Shown here one piece after another: positions 35,225 through 48,236 of a stretch of DNA of 64,000 bases. Position numbers and translations under genes: made by a program. Where the stretch lies: the NCBI RefSeq assembly GCF_018350175.1, contig NC_058372.1, forward strand, positions 620,001-684,000, in the 5' to 3' direction. The notes under the pieces were generated by a model that was given only the letters and a program-made list of their open reading frames with translations, was not told the DNA's origin and searched no databases. How positions within the stretch are numbered: position 1 is the stretch's first letter; each line of letters starts with the position of its first letter. This DNA is from Felis catus. Taxonomy: Eukaryota.

Positions 35225-36248
35225 GGGCACATTTCTAAACCCTTCTGTCTTGAGCATCCTTCTGACACCTGCCTGCTCCCCAGGCTGCCCTGAGGCTCCA
35301 GTTCTGGCTCTTACCAGCTGCCTTGCCAGTCTTCTGAGAGCAGCTTTACCCCCCTTCCTTGGCTTCCTCCCATCCTCGTCGTTTCACGTCTTCCAAAAGT
35401 TTATCCATCTGTTCTTGGCTGTCGGTCCCTCTCCAGCTTGCTTGTCCTTATAGATTCACATCAGCTTTTATGTAATGTAATTTTTATGGTGTTTAGAAAG
35501 GAATGGGAATCAACATTTTTGTTCAATTTACTGTGCCTAATCAGAACTCTGTTTTAAAAATCTGTTTATGTTGCTGCTTATGAGGATAAAACAATAGAAA
35601 AATGTGTGCTAAGCTCAAAAAATGCATCTCAACTTTTTATTCAATAAAGATTTATACAGTTATAAAAACATAGTATGTAGTATCATTTTTATTCCTGATG
35701 TATATCGCTGGGAGCCAGTGACCTGATTTCCATCATTCAGAGATGATGCTATCTGGTCTGGCCCTCAGTGTGTCCAGGTCATTTTTGCCTGAAAAGTGAT
35801 TCTTTTATTCCTTGTATTTGTAGTTTTATGTCTTTCTTCCAAGTGTTAGGCACTGGTCAGGAGGTCTATGCTTTGTTATGAATCTCTCAAACACACAGGC
35901 ATTCAGTGCACTTGCCTTCTTGTTTTATTTTGTATCTATTATGACCTTTTAACTATTTCACAAATGAAGAAATGTATTTTATAAGAATATTTTATGTTGC
36001 TTGCAAACAGTGATAGCCATTTGCCAATGGCTACATTTCAGCTTGTATTTATTCAGGAAACATTGGGGAGGATATTTTTATTTCATAGGTCAACTACTTT
36101 AAATTCATTGTTGGCCAGGTTAATAGTAGCACAGTTTCCTGTAGAGAGTAATTCCAAACACAATGAATAGACTAGATGCCTTTTGGCAATGACAGCTTCA
36201 GCTCAGTTACCACCATTAAAGCCTTGTGTCAAAAAGAAAAAAAAAATA

Positions 36249-36437
36249 GGGGCACCCGGTCGCTCAGTCGGTTGAGCATCTGACTCTTGATTTTGGCTCA
36301 GGTCATGATCCCAGGGTCATGTGTTTGAGCCCTGGGTCAGGATCCTTGCCGAGCGTGGAGCCTGCTTGGGATTCTCTCCTCTCTGATCCTCCCCCACTCA
36401 CGCTTTCCCTCAAAATAAATAAGCATTAAAAAAAAAG
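36249..36437 (+). mobile_element. Can-SINE (older subfamily)
   Basis: SINE head and AATAAA/A tail. Confidence 0.9.
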
Positions 36438-37715
36438 ATGTGTGTCACACTTTCTATAAGTATGCAGAGAAAAAATAAGTCATATGTTTTTTTCCATATT
36501 ATAAAGACCCAAAAAAGGATTAATTTACCCATATTTTCAGGTGATTGATTTTCCATTCAGATGTAAGCATAAGTGGGCATCTAATTACTGACTAGGTAAG
36601 AATTCGTGTTAGAACAATTGAAAATAATAAGCACATATTAGATCCAAATAGGAGGAGAGTACAAGACTGAAGAGCTGTTAACTGATATTTATTGATCACT
36701 CCTTTCCAGGTCCTTTTCCTATTGTTTTGTGCTGGTCTCAGCCTATCAATAACCAATATTGTGGTCGGAAGGGGCCTTGTGGCTCCTCTGATCGCAAGAT
36801 GCCTGTAGCCACGGCCAACAGGAACAAGTCACTGTCCCTCGCTGTCCCCGAGAGAGCGGGACTGGGCTCTGCGTTTACTGAAGGAGGGGGGTCTAGACTG
36901 TCACGGGTTTGCTCTCTTTCGGTGAAAACAGGAGTGGAGTTAAAAGTGCAGCATCAGAAGGACATGATGCCCCAAACGGTCTTTTACCTAAGTCAATCAG
37001 GATCTGCAAACAAAGGAGCCTGGGAAGTGGGGCCTCCGGCGGCTGGCCACACAAACTACACCCCTTTTCACCCTGACCCGAGGTAACAAGCTCATTCTTT
37101 TTCTGCGAATGAGTGAACTCAGACAAAAAAACAAAAAAACACTTCAATAAAATTCCCACAGGCTCAGAAAGGAAGCCTTGCAGTTAAAATCCAGATTCTC
37201 TGATCCCATCTGTCTACAGGGCACCACAAGGTGAATGAAAGCTTTTCCTGTGATAAAGAGGAGACTGTTGTTAGAGATGGCGGTGGTCAGGAATTGTTGG
37301 CGTATTGGTGGGGAGGGTGGAAAGCAGGCGCAGCTGGGAGGGGTCGTTGGGCACGTGGAGAAACTTGCCGGAACAGGTGGAGCTGCGGGCAGGAGGGAGG
37401 GCCGTCTGCCTTGAAGTCACCGAGGTGGGGGACCGCAGGGTCCCGCAGAAGCCAGAGCGGGTGGACCAGAAGGGCTCCGGAGGCTCGTTGTGAAGCACTT
37501 TTCCTGAGACGTGAGTGTCAGGAGCCGAGGTAAAATCTATCACACAAAAAGGTAAATAAGGGAGAAAGAACTGTTAGAAGGATACAGTGCGCTCAGTCTG
37601 TGGCTTATGAGAAACCGTGTAAATGAGGAGGATTCGGCGACATTGATGTTTCATGTACGTAAATACCGTTTCAGCTCCTCAACCATAATTTTGAAGTGAT
37701 TTTTTTCTTCAAGGA

Positions 37716-37921
37716 TTTTTTTTTTTAAGTTTATTTATTTTGAGAGACAGCGCGAGTGTGGGGGCGGGGCAGAGAGCGAGGAGACAGAGAATCAATCCCA
37801 AGCTGAAAGCTCTGAGCCCCACGGGGGGCGGGGGGCGGCCCGGTTCCAGAACCGTGAGATCGTGACCTGAGCTGAAACCCAGAGTCTGACACTCAACCCA
37901 CTGAGCTGCCGGCAGAACCCC
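37716..37921 (-). mobile_element. Diverged, GC-enriched Can-SINE
   Basis: Reverse SINE frame (gagatcgtgacctgagctgaaacccagagt) with G/C-rich substitutions. Confidence 0.85.
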
Positions 37922-38025
37922 TTTCCCCAAGAATATTTGTTATATAAACGACAGTCAGCTTCTGGAGATTTTAGTGGTTCTTTTTCCTACAAAATGGCAA
38001 ACATTTGGCTCTTGAAAGTAATAAA

Positions 38026-38083
38026 CATTTATATCTGTGTTCTAAATGTTTAATCATTTATATCTGTGTTCTAAATGTTTAAT
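38026..38083. repeat. Perfect 29-bp tandem duplication
   Basis: catttatatctgtgttctaaatgtttaat twice. Confidence 0.95.
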
Positions 38084-38194
38084 CACTATGCACACATAAT
38101 TTCAAAAGTATTTCTTTCACGGACTAGTTAACTCTTTTAGTCCACTAGCTTATTAATATAAATTCACATGATGCATTTATTTTCTTCCTCCAAG

Positions 38195-38605
38195 ATTTTT
38201 AAAAATTTCAGTTAACATGCGTGTAGCACTAGTTTCAGGTGTAGCACACAGTGATTTCACACATGCAGCACCTGGTGCTCCTCAGGACCAGTGCCCTCTT
38301 CATCCCCATCACCTGTTCCCCCATCCTCCCACCTCCCATCAGTGTGTTCTCCGTGGGTAAGAGTCTGTTTCTTGGTTTGCCTCTCTCTCTCTCTCTTTCC
38401 CCTCTCTGTTTATTTGTTGGGTTTCTTAAATTCCATGCATGAGTGAAATCGTATGGTATTTGCATTTAGAACATACAGTGATGCTGTAACTGTGATGCAT
38501 TGGGGCAGCACAGTATAACGTATTAGCTTGTCCAATCACTTGTACGCCTGACACCAGTGTAGCATTGTGTGTCAAATATACTCAAGTTAAGTAAATAAAT
38601 AATAA
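38195..38605. mobile_element. Two short L1 3' ends in opposite orientation (minus ~38195-38462, plus ~38480-38605)
   Basis: gtttcaggtgtagcac...gagtgaaatcgtatggtatttg, then ccaatcacttgtacgcctgac...tgtgtgtcaaatatactcaa. Confidence 0.7.
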
Positions 38606-39369
38606 AAATATCTTAACATGTTCAAAGTAAAAAAAAAAAAAAACCACCCAACCTCCTGGCCTGTTCTGGTGCATGGTGTTGAGGAAGGAGTCAGCTTCTG
38701 GGCCTGCATGTTGATGACCGGGTAGCTGAATCTCAACATGGGGATAAGGGTCAGGGAGAGGAGGTTCCCTGGTGGCGTGTAAGTTAGTGGCCTTGGCATA
38801 GATGTTTTACCTTCTAGAAGATTAAAGAGGCTGAGATTTGTAATGGGCTTTTGAAAGTCCAGTTGTAAATGAAATTGTTTAAAATACACTCACTGAGACA
38901 AAGCATATTTCCAAAGACTATCACTGTGTGTCATGTTTAAGACAAATGGGCACATGTCCTCAGGCTTCACAATTCTTCCCTCATAATAACTGCACATCTT
39001 GAAATTGTTTTGTTACTTGTGAAAAATAATCATAAAAGTAAAATATATTAAGTCATTGTCAATGATTAACCCTTATGTTCATGTAACATAGCATGTGACA
39101 ATATACTTGCAGATCTGGGTCTAGGCATCCAACAGCAGCACAGGTGCAGAATGGTCTTTCAAAAGAGTGAAAGGAAGTGATACTATAACAACAATATAAA
39201 AGGGCCCCAAGGAACACACTAGTTTACACGTATACTTTCTAATTCTAATAAATGCACCCCCAGTAACGCACATACATACCGCTGAGCACAAACACATGGG
39301 CACGCTCATACCTCTGCCCATCCCCTTTCACTGTCAATTCCCATCTATACATACTCTACTCATTCTTCC

Positions 39370-39573
39370 TTTTTAAAAATTTCTTTAATGTTTATTTTTG
39401 AGAGAGAGAGAGTGTGAGTGGGGAAGGGGTAGAGAGAGTTGGAGACACAGAACCCGAGGCAGGGTCCAGGATCTGAACTGTCAGCCCCAACACGGGGCTC
39501 GAACTCACAGACCGCGAGATCACAACCTGAGCTGAAGTTGGACCCCTAAGCGACTGAGCCCCCCTCGCACCCC
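39370..39573 (-). mobile_element. Can-SINE
   Basis: Reverse SINE body. Confidence 0.88.
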
Positions 39574-40472
39574 ATTCATATGTCTCTTAAGTTCAGTGAG
39601 GGGCTCTGCCATCTGTGTCTCTCAGGGTCACAGCCTGACTGGTGTCCACACCCCTGACAGGCTGGCAGAGGGAGAGGAAGGCTCCAGAAGGACTTTCAGG
39701 GGAAGCCAAGCATTCTGGCCTGGAATTAACGGAGTGGGAGAAAGCGGTAGATATTGACTGTTCAGTGAACGTGATGAATGGATTTATAGTAATTGCCCCA
39801 AAATATATAAACGTGAGAAGCTGAATGAAACAGCCTTTAGCTATGGAGCAAACTTTGCTGTCGCCCGTGTCCTTTTCCCTCCGCAGTTTTCCACTGGCAA
39901 GTTCACAGCCCGTGCCTAAGGCGAGAGTAGCACACACAAGGTGGAGACAGAGACCCTCATAGCTCTCAATTCCCCTGCAGGTTCTCGAGCTGGACCAGGC
40001 CTGACGGCAGACACCTCAATCACAGACATGAGAATATTTATTACTTAAACGTGGGCATTTTTACCACTTAAAAATGACCAGAAAGATCACGGGACATTGT
40101 AAAGACGGAGTCCAGGGGGGAGAGAGCCAGCACATGGCAGGCAGGAAGGGTGAGGCACTAACACCTGTTTTCATCACACCCACACACTGCTCTCACTTTC
40201 ACCAAATCAGCAGGTAAGTGTGGATTGAGCTCTGCTGGGTGCCAGGCTCCCCACCAAGCACGTTACACACATCATTTCACGTATCACTCACTGGCACTAT
40301 TGTTCCACTCAATAAAGATGAGCAAACCTTATCTTCTAGAGGAGAAATATCTTGCCCAGGTTCTGGAACCTACGCTGATCTGACTCCAGAGTCTGTGATC
40401 TTACAAAATACAAGATGTGCTGCCAGAGTTCACAGGAGAGTCTAACCTCCTTCACAAAGCACAGGAGTCCTT

Positions 40473-42901
40473 CTTCTTTTTTTTTTTTAAACATGAAGTT
40501 TATTGTCACATTGATTTCCATACAACACCCAGTTCTCATCCCAACAGGTACCCTCCTCAATGCCCATCACCTACTTTTCCCTCCCTCCCACCCCCCCATC
40601 AACCCTCAGTTTATTCTCAGTTTTTAAGAGTCTCTTATGGTTTGGCTCCCTCCCTCCCTCCCTTTTTTTTTCCTTCCCCTCCCCCATGGTCTTCTGTTAA
40701 GTTTCTCAGGATCCACATAAGAGTGAAAACATATGGTATCTGTCTTTCTCTGTTTGATTAATCTCACTTAGCATAATACTCTCCACTTCCATCCATGTTG
40801 CTACAAATGAACAGATTTCATTCTTTCTCATTACCAAGTAGTATTCCATTGTATATATAAACCACAGCTTCTTTATCCATTCATCAGTTGAAGGACATTT
40901 AGGCTCTTTCCATAATTTGGCTATTGTTGAGAGTGCTGCTATAAACATTGGGGTACAAGTGCCCCTATGCATCAGCACTCCTGTATCCCTTGGGTAAATT
41001 CCTAGCAGTGCTATTACTGNNNNNNNNNNNNNNNNNNNNNNNNNNNNNNNNNNNNNNNNNNNNNNNNNNNNNNNNNNNNNNNNNNNNNNNNNNNNNNNNN
41101 NNNNNNNNNNNNNNNNNNNNNNNNNNNNNNNNNNNNNNNNNNNNNNNNNNNNNNNNNNNNNNNTGTTCATTTTAGCCACTCTGACTGGTGNNNNNNNNNN
41201 NNNNNNNNNNNNNNNNNNNNNNNNNNNNNNNNNNNNNNNNNNNNNNNNNNNNNNNNNNNNNNNNNNNNNNNNNNNNNNNNNNNNNNNNNNNNNNNNNNNN
41301 NNNNNNNNNNNNNNNNNNNNNNTCTTCACTGGGTTCTTTGTTTTTCAGGAGTGGAGTTTGGTGAGTTCTTTATAGATTTTGGATACTAGCCCTTTGTCTG
41401 ATATGGCATTTGCAAATATCTTCCCCCATTCCATCAGGTGCCTTTTAGTTTTATTTATTTCCTTTGCAGTGCAGAAGCTTTTTATCTTCATGAGGTCCCA
41501 ATAGTTCATTTTTGCTTTTAATTCCCTTGCCTTTGGAGATGTGTCAAGTAAGAAATTGCTGTGGCTGAGGTCAGAGAGATTTTTTTCTGCTTTCTCCTCT
41601 AGGGTTTTGATGGTTTCCTGTCTCACATTCAGGTCCTTTATCCATTTTGAGTTTATTTTTGTGAATGGTGTAAGAAGGTGGTCTAGTTTCATCCTTCTGC
41701 ATGTTGCTGTCCAGTTCTCCCAGCACCATTTATTAAAGAGACTGTCTTTTTTCCCATTGTATATTCTTTCCTGCTTTGTCAAAGATTAGTTGGCCATACT
41801 TTTGTGGGTCCAATTCTGAAGTGTCTATTCTATTCCAGTTGTTCTATGTGTCTGTTTTTGTGCCAATACCATGCTGTCTTGATGATTAGAGCTTTATAGT
41901 AGAGGCTAAAGTCTGGGATTGTGATGCCTCCCACTTTGGTGTTCTTCCTCAAAATTACTTTGGCTATTTGGTGTCTTTTGTGGTTCCATACAAATTTTAG
42001 GATTGCTTTCTAGCTTCTAGAAGAATGCTGGTGCAATTTTGATTGGGATTACATTGAATGTGTAGATTGCTTTGGATACTATTGACATTTTAACAATATT
42101 TATTCTTCTAATCCATAAGCACGGAATGCTTTTCCATTTCTTTGTATCTTCAGTTTCCTTCATAAGCTTTCTATAGTTTTCTGCATACAGATCTTTTACA
42201 TCTTTGGTTAGGTTNNNNNNNNNNNNNNNNNNNNNNNNNNNNNNNNNNNNNNNNNNNNNNNNNNNNNNNNNNNNNNNNNNNNNNNNNNNNNNNNNNNNNN
42301 NNNNNNNNNNNNNNNNNNNNNNNNNNNNNNNNNNNNNNNNNNNNNNNNNNNNNNNNNNNNNNNNNNNNNNNNNNNNNNNNNNNNNNAAGAACCAGATGAT
42401 CCTTTCAATCAATGCAGAAAAAGCTTTTGACAAAATCCGGCATCTTTCTTAATAAAAACCCTCAAGGACGTCGGGATAGAAGGAACATACTTAAACATCA
42501 TAAAAGCCATTTATCAAAAGCCCACAGCTATTATCATCCTCAATGGGGAAAAACTGAGAGCTTTCCCCCTGAGATCAGGAACACGACAGGGATATCCACT
42601 CTCACCGCTGTTGTTTAACATAGTGTTGGAAGTTCTAGCATCAGCAATCAGACAACAAAAGGGAATCAAAGGCATCCAAATTGGCAAAGATGAAGTCAAG
42701 CTTTCACTCTTTGCAGATGACATGATATTATACATGGAAAACCCGATAGACTCCATCAAAGTCTGCTAGAACTGATACATGAATTCAGCAAAGTCGCAGG
42801 ATACAAAATCAATGTACAGAAATCAGTTGCATTTTTATACACCAATAATGAAGCAACAGAAAGATAAATAAACTGATCCCATTCACAATTGCAGCAAGAA
42901 T
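40473..42901 (-). mobile_element. Cat-type L1, 5'-truncated with 5' inversion (twin priming)
   Basis: Minus-strand 3'UTR and ORF2 ([11 protein letters not shown]...) run to ~42214. A plus-strand RT segment ([14 protein letters not shown]) occupies 42387-42901. TSD cacaggagtcctt (40460-40472 / 42902-42914). Confidence 0.93.
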
Positions 42902-45900
42902 CACAGGAGTCCTTTCGTAATGGGTCCTTTCATCCCCTAGGAACTTCCTGCCACTTCCCAGAGTCTCTCCCCTAGCTATAACTGAGACCTTGAGTTCCTT
43001 GGAAGATTCTTTCTTCTTACAAATCCACTGATTAGCACATGAAAGATGACTGGGCAGTTCAGAGGATGAGGTCATGGGCAATCAGCCCAGGATCAAGGCC
43101 ACACTTCTAAAGTCTCCACGCTTTTTCATCCAAGGATGAAGTTTGGTGAGATTTTGAGAACTAGATGTGGTGTGTGGTTCATAACCTCAATAAAAGGAAA
43201 AGATATTCAGAAACTTCTGAGTGTTTAAATATTAATTGAACAAGCTGATCATAGGATAAATAGGGCATGTTGTAGGAGAGATAAATTAGGTAAAAATGGT
43301 GGAGAACCTGGAACTTTATTTGTTAATCATTAGGGGCCATTTCAGTGAGAGTAGTGGGGTCATGTATGGAAAATAATTCTTACAGAATAATCAGACTTAT
43401 GGAGAAAAAATAAGATCTGAAAGAAACAGCTTGGAGACTTTAGAAGTGTGGCTGTGATCCTGGGCTGGAGGGTGACTGCCAAGCTCCTGGGGTGGGTGGG
43501 TGGGCTCTGCTGTAAAGCTGAAGGACCATGGCACAGCAGAGGTCATGACCTCTGACCTTCAGACCACACTGCCCATCTGACTGCAGCCCAGGCCAGGCCT
43601 TCACCAGTTGTGTTAGAGCAGGGAGAGCATGTGAATTAGAGCGACAGGTAAGGAGGGTGAGGGGTGCTGCTGGGACCCCGTGCATGTGTGGGGCCTGTGC
43701 ACCCCCTCCCCGCACCGTGCAGAGGTTATCCAGGGCTGGGGGAATTAGCAGGAAGAGTGGCCTTAGATGTGATTGAAAGCCTGAGGTTGAATGTTAAATG
43801 GGTGACGAAGGTCTAAGTGCCCAGAGGTTTGGAAGCATGTGTGTGGTTACAGGTAGAATTCTTACTGGTGGTTCTATTAATATGCAAGTGGCCTTGAGCT
43901 AATGTCACATTTCCTTGTCACAACAGCTTGTAAATTAGCGACCACTGTCACCACAGTAGTGCAGGTAAGCACCCTGACTGGCCTGGGGCACTCGGGCACG
44001 AAAGCGCCTCCAGGGTCAGGCGGCTGGACATGCTGGCCTTCACACAGAGTCACATCGTGCAGAGCCCAGGCTGCTCAGTCAACACCGTCCTGCACAGTGG
44101 AGCTGGGCCATCCAGGGCACAGGCCAAAGAAGGCAGGTCTGGGCTGGGCCGTCTAGGGCACCGGCCGGGGAAGGCGGGTCTTGGCTGGAATATTCTCATA
44201 TTCTGTATATTCCTAATAATGTTTAACATGAAATGCCAATTTCTCCCAGATTGATGTTTTTACTTTTGATGATTAGAACTCTTATTTCAACCATTTCAAT
44301 AAGTACTAAGACCCAGGGCGAGCACAAAGCGGGTATTTCCATCACCTCCAGAGAGTAGCATAGTTTATGTACTTTTATCATTATTATTTTGGTCAAGTGT
44401 TTAAGATTTATTTTTAATAACAATCATGTCCATGGAATCATGGCATGAACAGAATCCACATGTTCCAAATGCCATTATAAATCAACCCCATCACCAGGAG
44501 CAACACCATTGCTGGCTAAGGAGACAGTTCCCTGATATCAGTTTCTCTGTGGCCTCAAAGATGGTTTATGTGCACCTTTTGCAGAGCCCGAGTGCCCAGA
44601 AAACAGGAGACACACTCCTTTCAATTTTAAGGCTCTGCAGTAATCCTCTTTGTCATGAGCTCTGACCTCCATGTCCACAGGGCATCATGCTGGCCCTGTG
44701 TCTGCCAGGCTGACCCCTGACTGGGCAGCGTCCACCATGGAGCTGCTCCCACCCTTTGAGGCTGCACAGGGGACAGCTGTGTCCCCCCTCCTCCGGGCAG
44801 CCCCCCGAGCCCTGATTTGTCTTCAGGGTCATTCTTCACTTTTCTTGAAGGAGAAAATACATTCACAGCCACATTGCCCCATTTCCCAGTCTGTAGAAAC
44901 CCAGGAGTCTGACAACCTTGCCTTCTTTTTTTCATCTCTGTGCCCATTGGTCCAATTTATCAGTGTCTCTGCTGGTGTAATCCTGTCTTCTTCTGAGATG
45001 AATGAGGATTATCCAAATCTTCAAGTTCTGATTCCTTCACCTCTAGTTTATGTCTCTCCTCTTGCATTTTACTGTTGGAAGCAAGGAGACAGCACCTCAC
45101 ATGATGGAAGCAGGTGCGTGGCCTTTCTGGCTGGCAAACTCCACGATGCCTAGAGTGGAAGACTCTTCTCACTGCCCCTCCATCCCAGGGCTCGTGATGG
45201 GAGGCTACCATGATAACAGAGGGCCGGTTACAGACACCTTCACAGCAAAGTGCATGTGTATGTGCATGTGTGTATGTTCAGAAAGTGGCATAGGATTGAT
45301 TGCCTCCCAATGACACAGAAGTGCAAGCCTCTAAGGCCCTTTTCTCTCCAGAGACAGGAGTCTCCCTGTGATATAGACGGGATGCTGCCTGGGAAGGAGC
45401 TCCAGCAATGTGTGAGGAGTGAACTCGCCAACCTCCATCCACCTGCAGGGTGATTGACCCAAGAGATCACAGCTTATAGGCTGCCCACACGCAGATTCCC
45501 CGCTGCCTGTCCCAGAACTCTGATCAAGACTGAATTTTTCATCACAGCCTCCAACAGCTTCTGGATTGACATTCTTCCTGGAAGGTAGGGCTGTTTTTCT
45601 CACGTGTGGAAAAAGATAAAGGAAGTTTATTTTAAAAGTCCAGGCCATCCAGAGCTGGTTCCCTTTAGCAGTGAACAGGATGAGGTTTTCATGTGTCCCA
45701 ACATCCACTATATTTTTAGTCATGGAAAATTGACTCTCTCCTTCTCTTTGCAGACATAAATCCCCTCATTGGCATCTTGGTTCACAGAAATGTGAAAAGA
45801 GAGTTTCAGTATGGACTCACCTGGGAAAATGTGGGTTATTCTTGGAGCAGAAATACCCCAGGACAAAATCGTGGTGATGTAGAGTTCCATCGGGCCAAGT

Positions 45901-47291
45901 GGGCCCCCCACGCACTGTGTTTCTTGTAGACCCAGCAGCCACAAGCTTTCCCTCTTCACAGTTTGGGGGAGGAAACCTAGCAGCTAAACCAAAGTCAATT
46001 CTGTACCACACAATTCAGGGTTTTACTTTACCACCAAACCACACGGTCACAGGGACATATGGTAAACACAGTGACTACTTCCTTTATTTCAATTAGTTTC
46101 CTTCCTTTGTTTCAATTCTGGAAGGAGGGTTGAACTCACCCAAAACACAGCAGTTTCACTCAACCAGAGTTCAAACTGCAGCTGATGATTGCCATGGGTA
46201 CTGAGGAAAATAAACAACTTATTCTCCTTAAAGTGGATTATATGACGATTGCCTAAGATCAGCTATAATGGCCAAGGGCTCTTAGAAATACAGTTATATT
46301 TTCTGGTCAGGATATTGAAGAGAATTTTCCTTGGATATTTTTGTTTTTTTATTGTAAGAAACCTGTTTAGGTTTGACCCACAGGTAATCCATCTGCCCAG
46401 TCATTTGGAAACGCTAGGACCGAGCATTCAGAGGGACCGATGTTCCTAACTGAACTTCCTAATCTCTGCAGGCTAATAGCATGAAGGACACTGATGCATT
46501 TTACACCATTTACTCTATGAAATGTCAGTGGATTGCATTAGATGACTGAATTCAGATACTCTTGTAGTGAAAGCATATTAAAGTGTGTGGACTTAGGACC
46601 CACTGGGGAGAGAGTGTGCTTGTTGGGGACTGTGAATTAGACTTTCCTAGACAGCAATATTCATGAAGACAGTAGACCTATGACTCAAATAGGGAGATCA
46701 CAGAAGTTTTGCTTAATGCTATTATCAGGTCAGTAATTATTTGCTTCATAGAAACACAATGAATAGGAATGATAACCATGTCTCACTGCTCCTGTATAAA
46801 AATTCTATGTGTCTCCAACTCTGTGTACCTTCTCTCAGCCCCTTGCTCACTACATGGATCTTTCAACTTATCTGTTACATATATTGTCTAGCACATGTCT
46901 ATCTATATGAACCAATCACCTTTTCCATTTCTCTGCTTTTTCACAGTGTGTGCATTGATGGCCTGTGTATTTTAATCCGCAGGTGGTTTGGTATATAAAT
47001 CTCAAATTTGGTTCAGTATATGATTCTAATGTCTCTCCTATGTTTGTATATTTCCTTTCAATGCATTTAGTATTTTCATGACTGAATATATTTGTCTTTC
47101 TTTCCGGATAACAAGTCAACCTATTATATTTGTTTGCATAATTTTATCTTTGTCTGTTGTTTCTCTAATTCCAGTGTCCAAATGCTCATTTCATTCACTT
47201 TGTTATTTTTCCAGTGGTTATGAGACCTGATTATCTTCCCGCAGGAATAAAACAGGAATGACAAAGAAAGGTGACTCTCAGGTAGGGAGGA

Positions 47292-48236
47292 ATGAAAGGG
47301 ACAAATTCTAGCAACCCGGCAGGGTTTATCTTGCTGGGCTTCTCTGAGCAGCCCCGGCTGGAGAAGGTCCTCCTTGTGGCCATCTCCATCATATATGTAC
47401 TGACGCTGGTGGGGAACACAGCCATCATCCTGGTCTCTTTCTTGAACCCCAAGCTGCACACGCCCATGTACTTCTTCCTGTCGAATCTGTCCTTCCTGGA
47501 CCTCTGCTTTACAACGAGCATTGTCCCGCAGATGCTGGTGAATCTCAGGGGCCCAGAGAAGACCATCAGCTACGCGGGCTGTGTGCTCCAGCTCTATGTG
47601 GCGCTGGGGCTGGGCTCCACTGAGTGCATCCTCCTGACGGTGATGGCTTATGACCGCTTCAATGCCATCTGCCGCCCCCTGCACTACGGCGTCATCATGC
47701 ACCCCAGGCTGCTCCGGCAGCTTGCAGCTGTGGCCTGGAGCAGTGGTTTTGTGGAGTCCACGCTTCAGACCATCCTCGTCTTCCAGCTGCCTCTCTGCAA
47801 CCACCACAGGGTGGATGATTTCATGTGTGAGGAGCCCGCCCTGATTAAAATTGCCTGTGTGAACACCACCTTCCTGGAGAACGAGCTCTCCATAGCCATC
47901 GTCCTCTATGTGGTCATACCGCTGGGGCTGATTCTGGTCTCCTACGGCTGCATCACCAGGAGTGTGCTGAGAATCAGGTCCACGGAAGGCAGGAGGAAAG
48001 CGTTTGGGACCTGCGGGTCCCACCTGGTGGTTGTGGTTTTGTTCTTCGGGACTATAATTTCTGTCTACATCCAACCCAAGAGCAAGTACACGCAGAACCA
48101 CAGTAAATTCCTCACCCTCTTCTATACTGTAGTGACGCCCTCGCTTAATCCTCTCATCTACACGCTGAGAAACAAGGAGGTTAAGTGGGCTCTGAGGAGA
48201 CTGTTGTGGAGGGACCCACATCAGGGAGAACCGTGA
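47292..48236 (+). CDS. Olfactory receptor, family 2 (OR2G/OR2W/OR2U-like), 314 aa, intact
   Basis: Motifs LHTPMYFFLSNLS, MAYDRFNAIC, KAFGTCGSHL, PSLNPLIYTLRN. Sequon NSS near the N-terminus. Acceptor ttatcttcccgcAG at 47243-47244. Confidence 0.95.
   Translation: MKGTNSSNPAGFILLGFSEQPRLEKVLLVAISIIYVLTLVGNTAIILVSFLNPKLHTPMYFFLSNLSFLDLCFTTSIVPQMLVNLRGPEKTISYAGCVLQLYVALGLGSTECILLTVMAYDRFNAICRPLHYGVIMHPRLLRQLAAVAWSSGFVESTLQTILVFQLPLCNHHRVDDFMCEEPALIKIACVNTTFLENELSIAIVLYVVIPLGLILVSYGCITRSVLRIRSTEGRRKAFGTCGSHLVVVVLFFGTIISVYIQPKSKYTQNHSKFLTLFYTVVTPSLNPLIYTLRNKEVKWALRRLLWRDPHQGEP

Noticed and set aside
41345-42900. L1 ORF2 fragments as functional CDS
   Set aside because: Truncated, inverted and frameshifted; no ORF1 or endonuclease domain.
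44220-44950. Possible very old OR pseudogene (minus-strand AFGTCG-like motif near 44452-44473)
   Set aside because: Only one short motif; no colinear PMY, DRY or NP motifs could be placed. A profile-HMM search would settle it.
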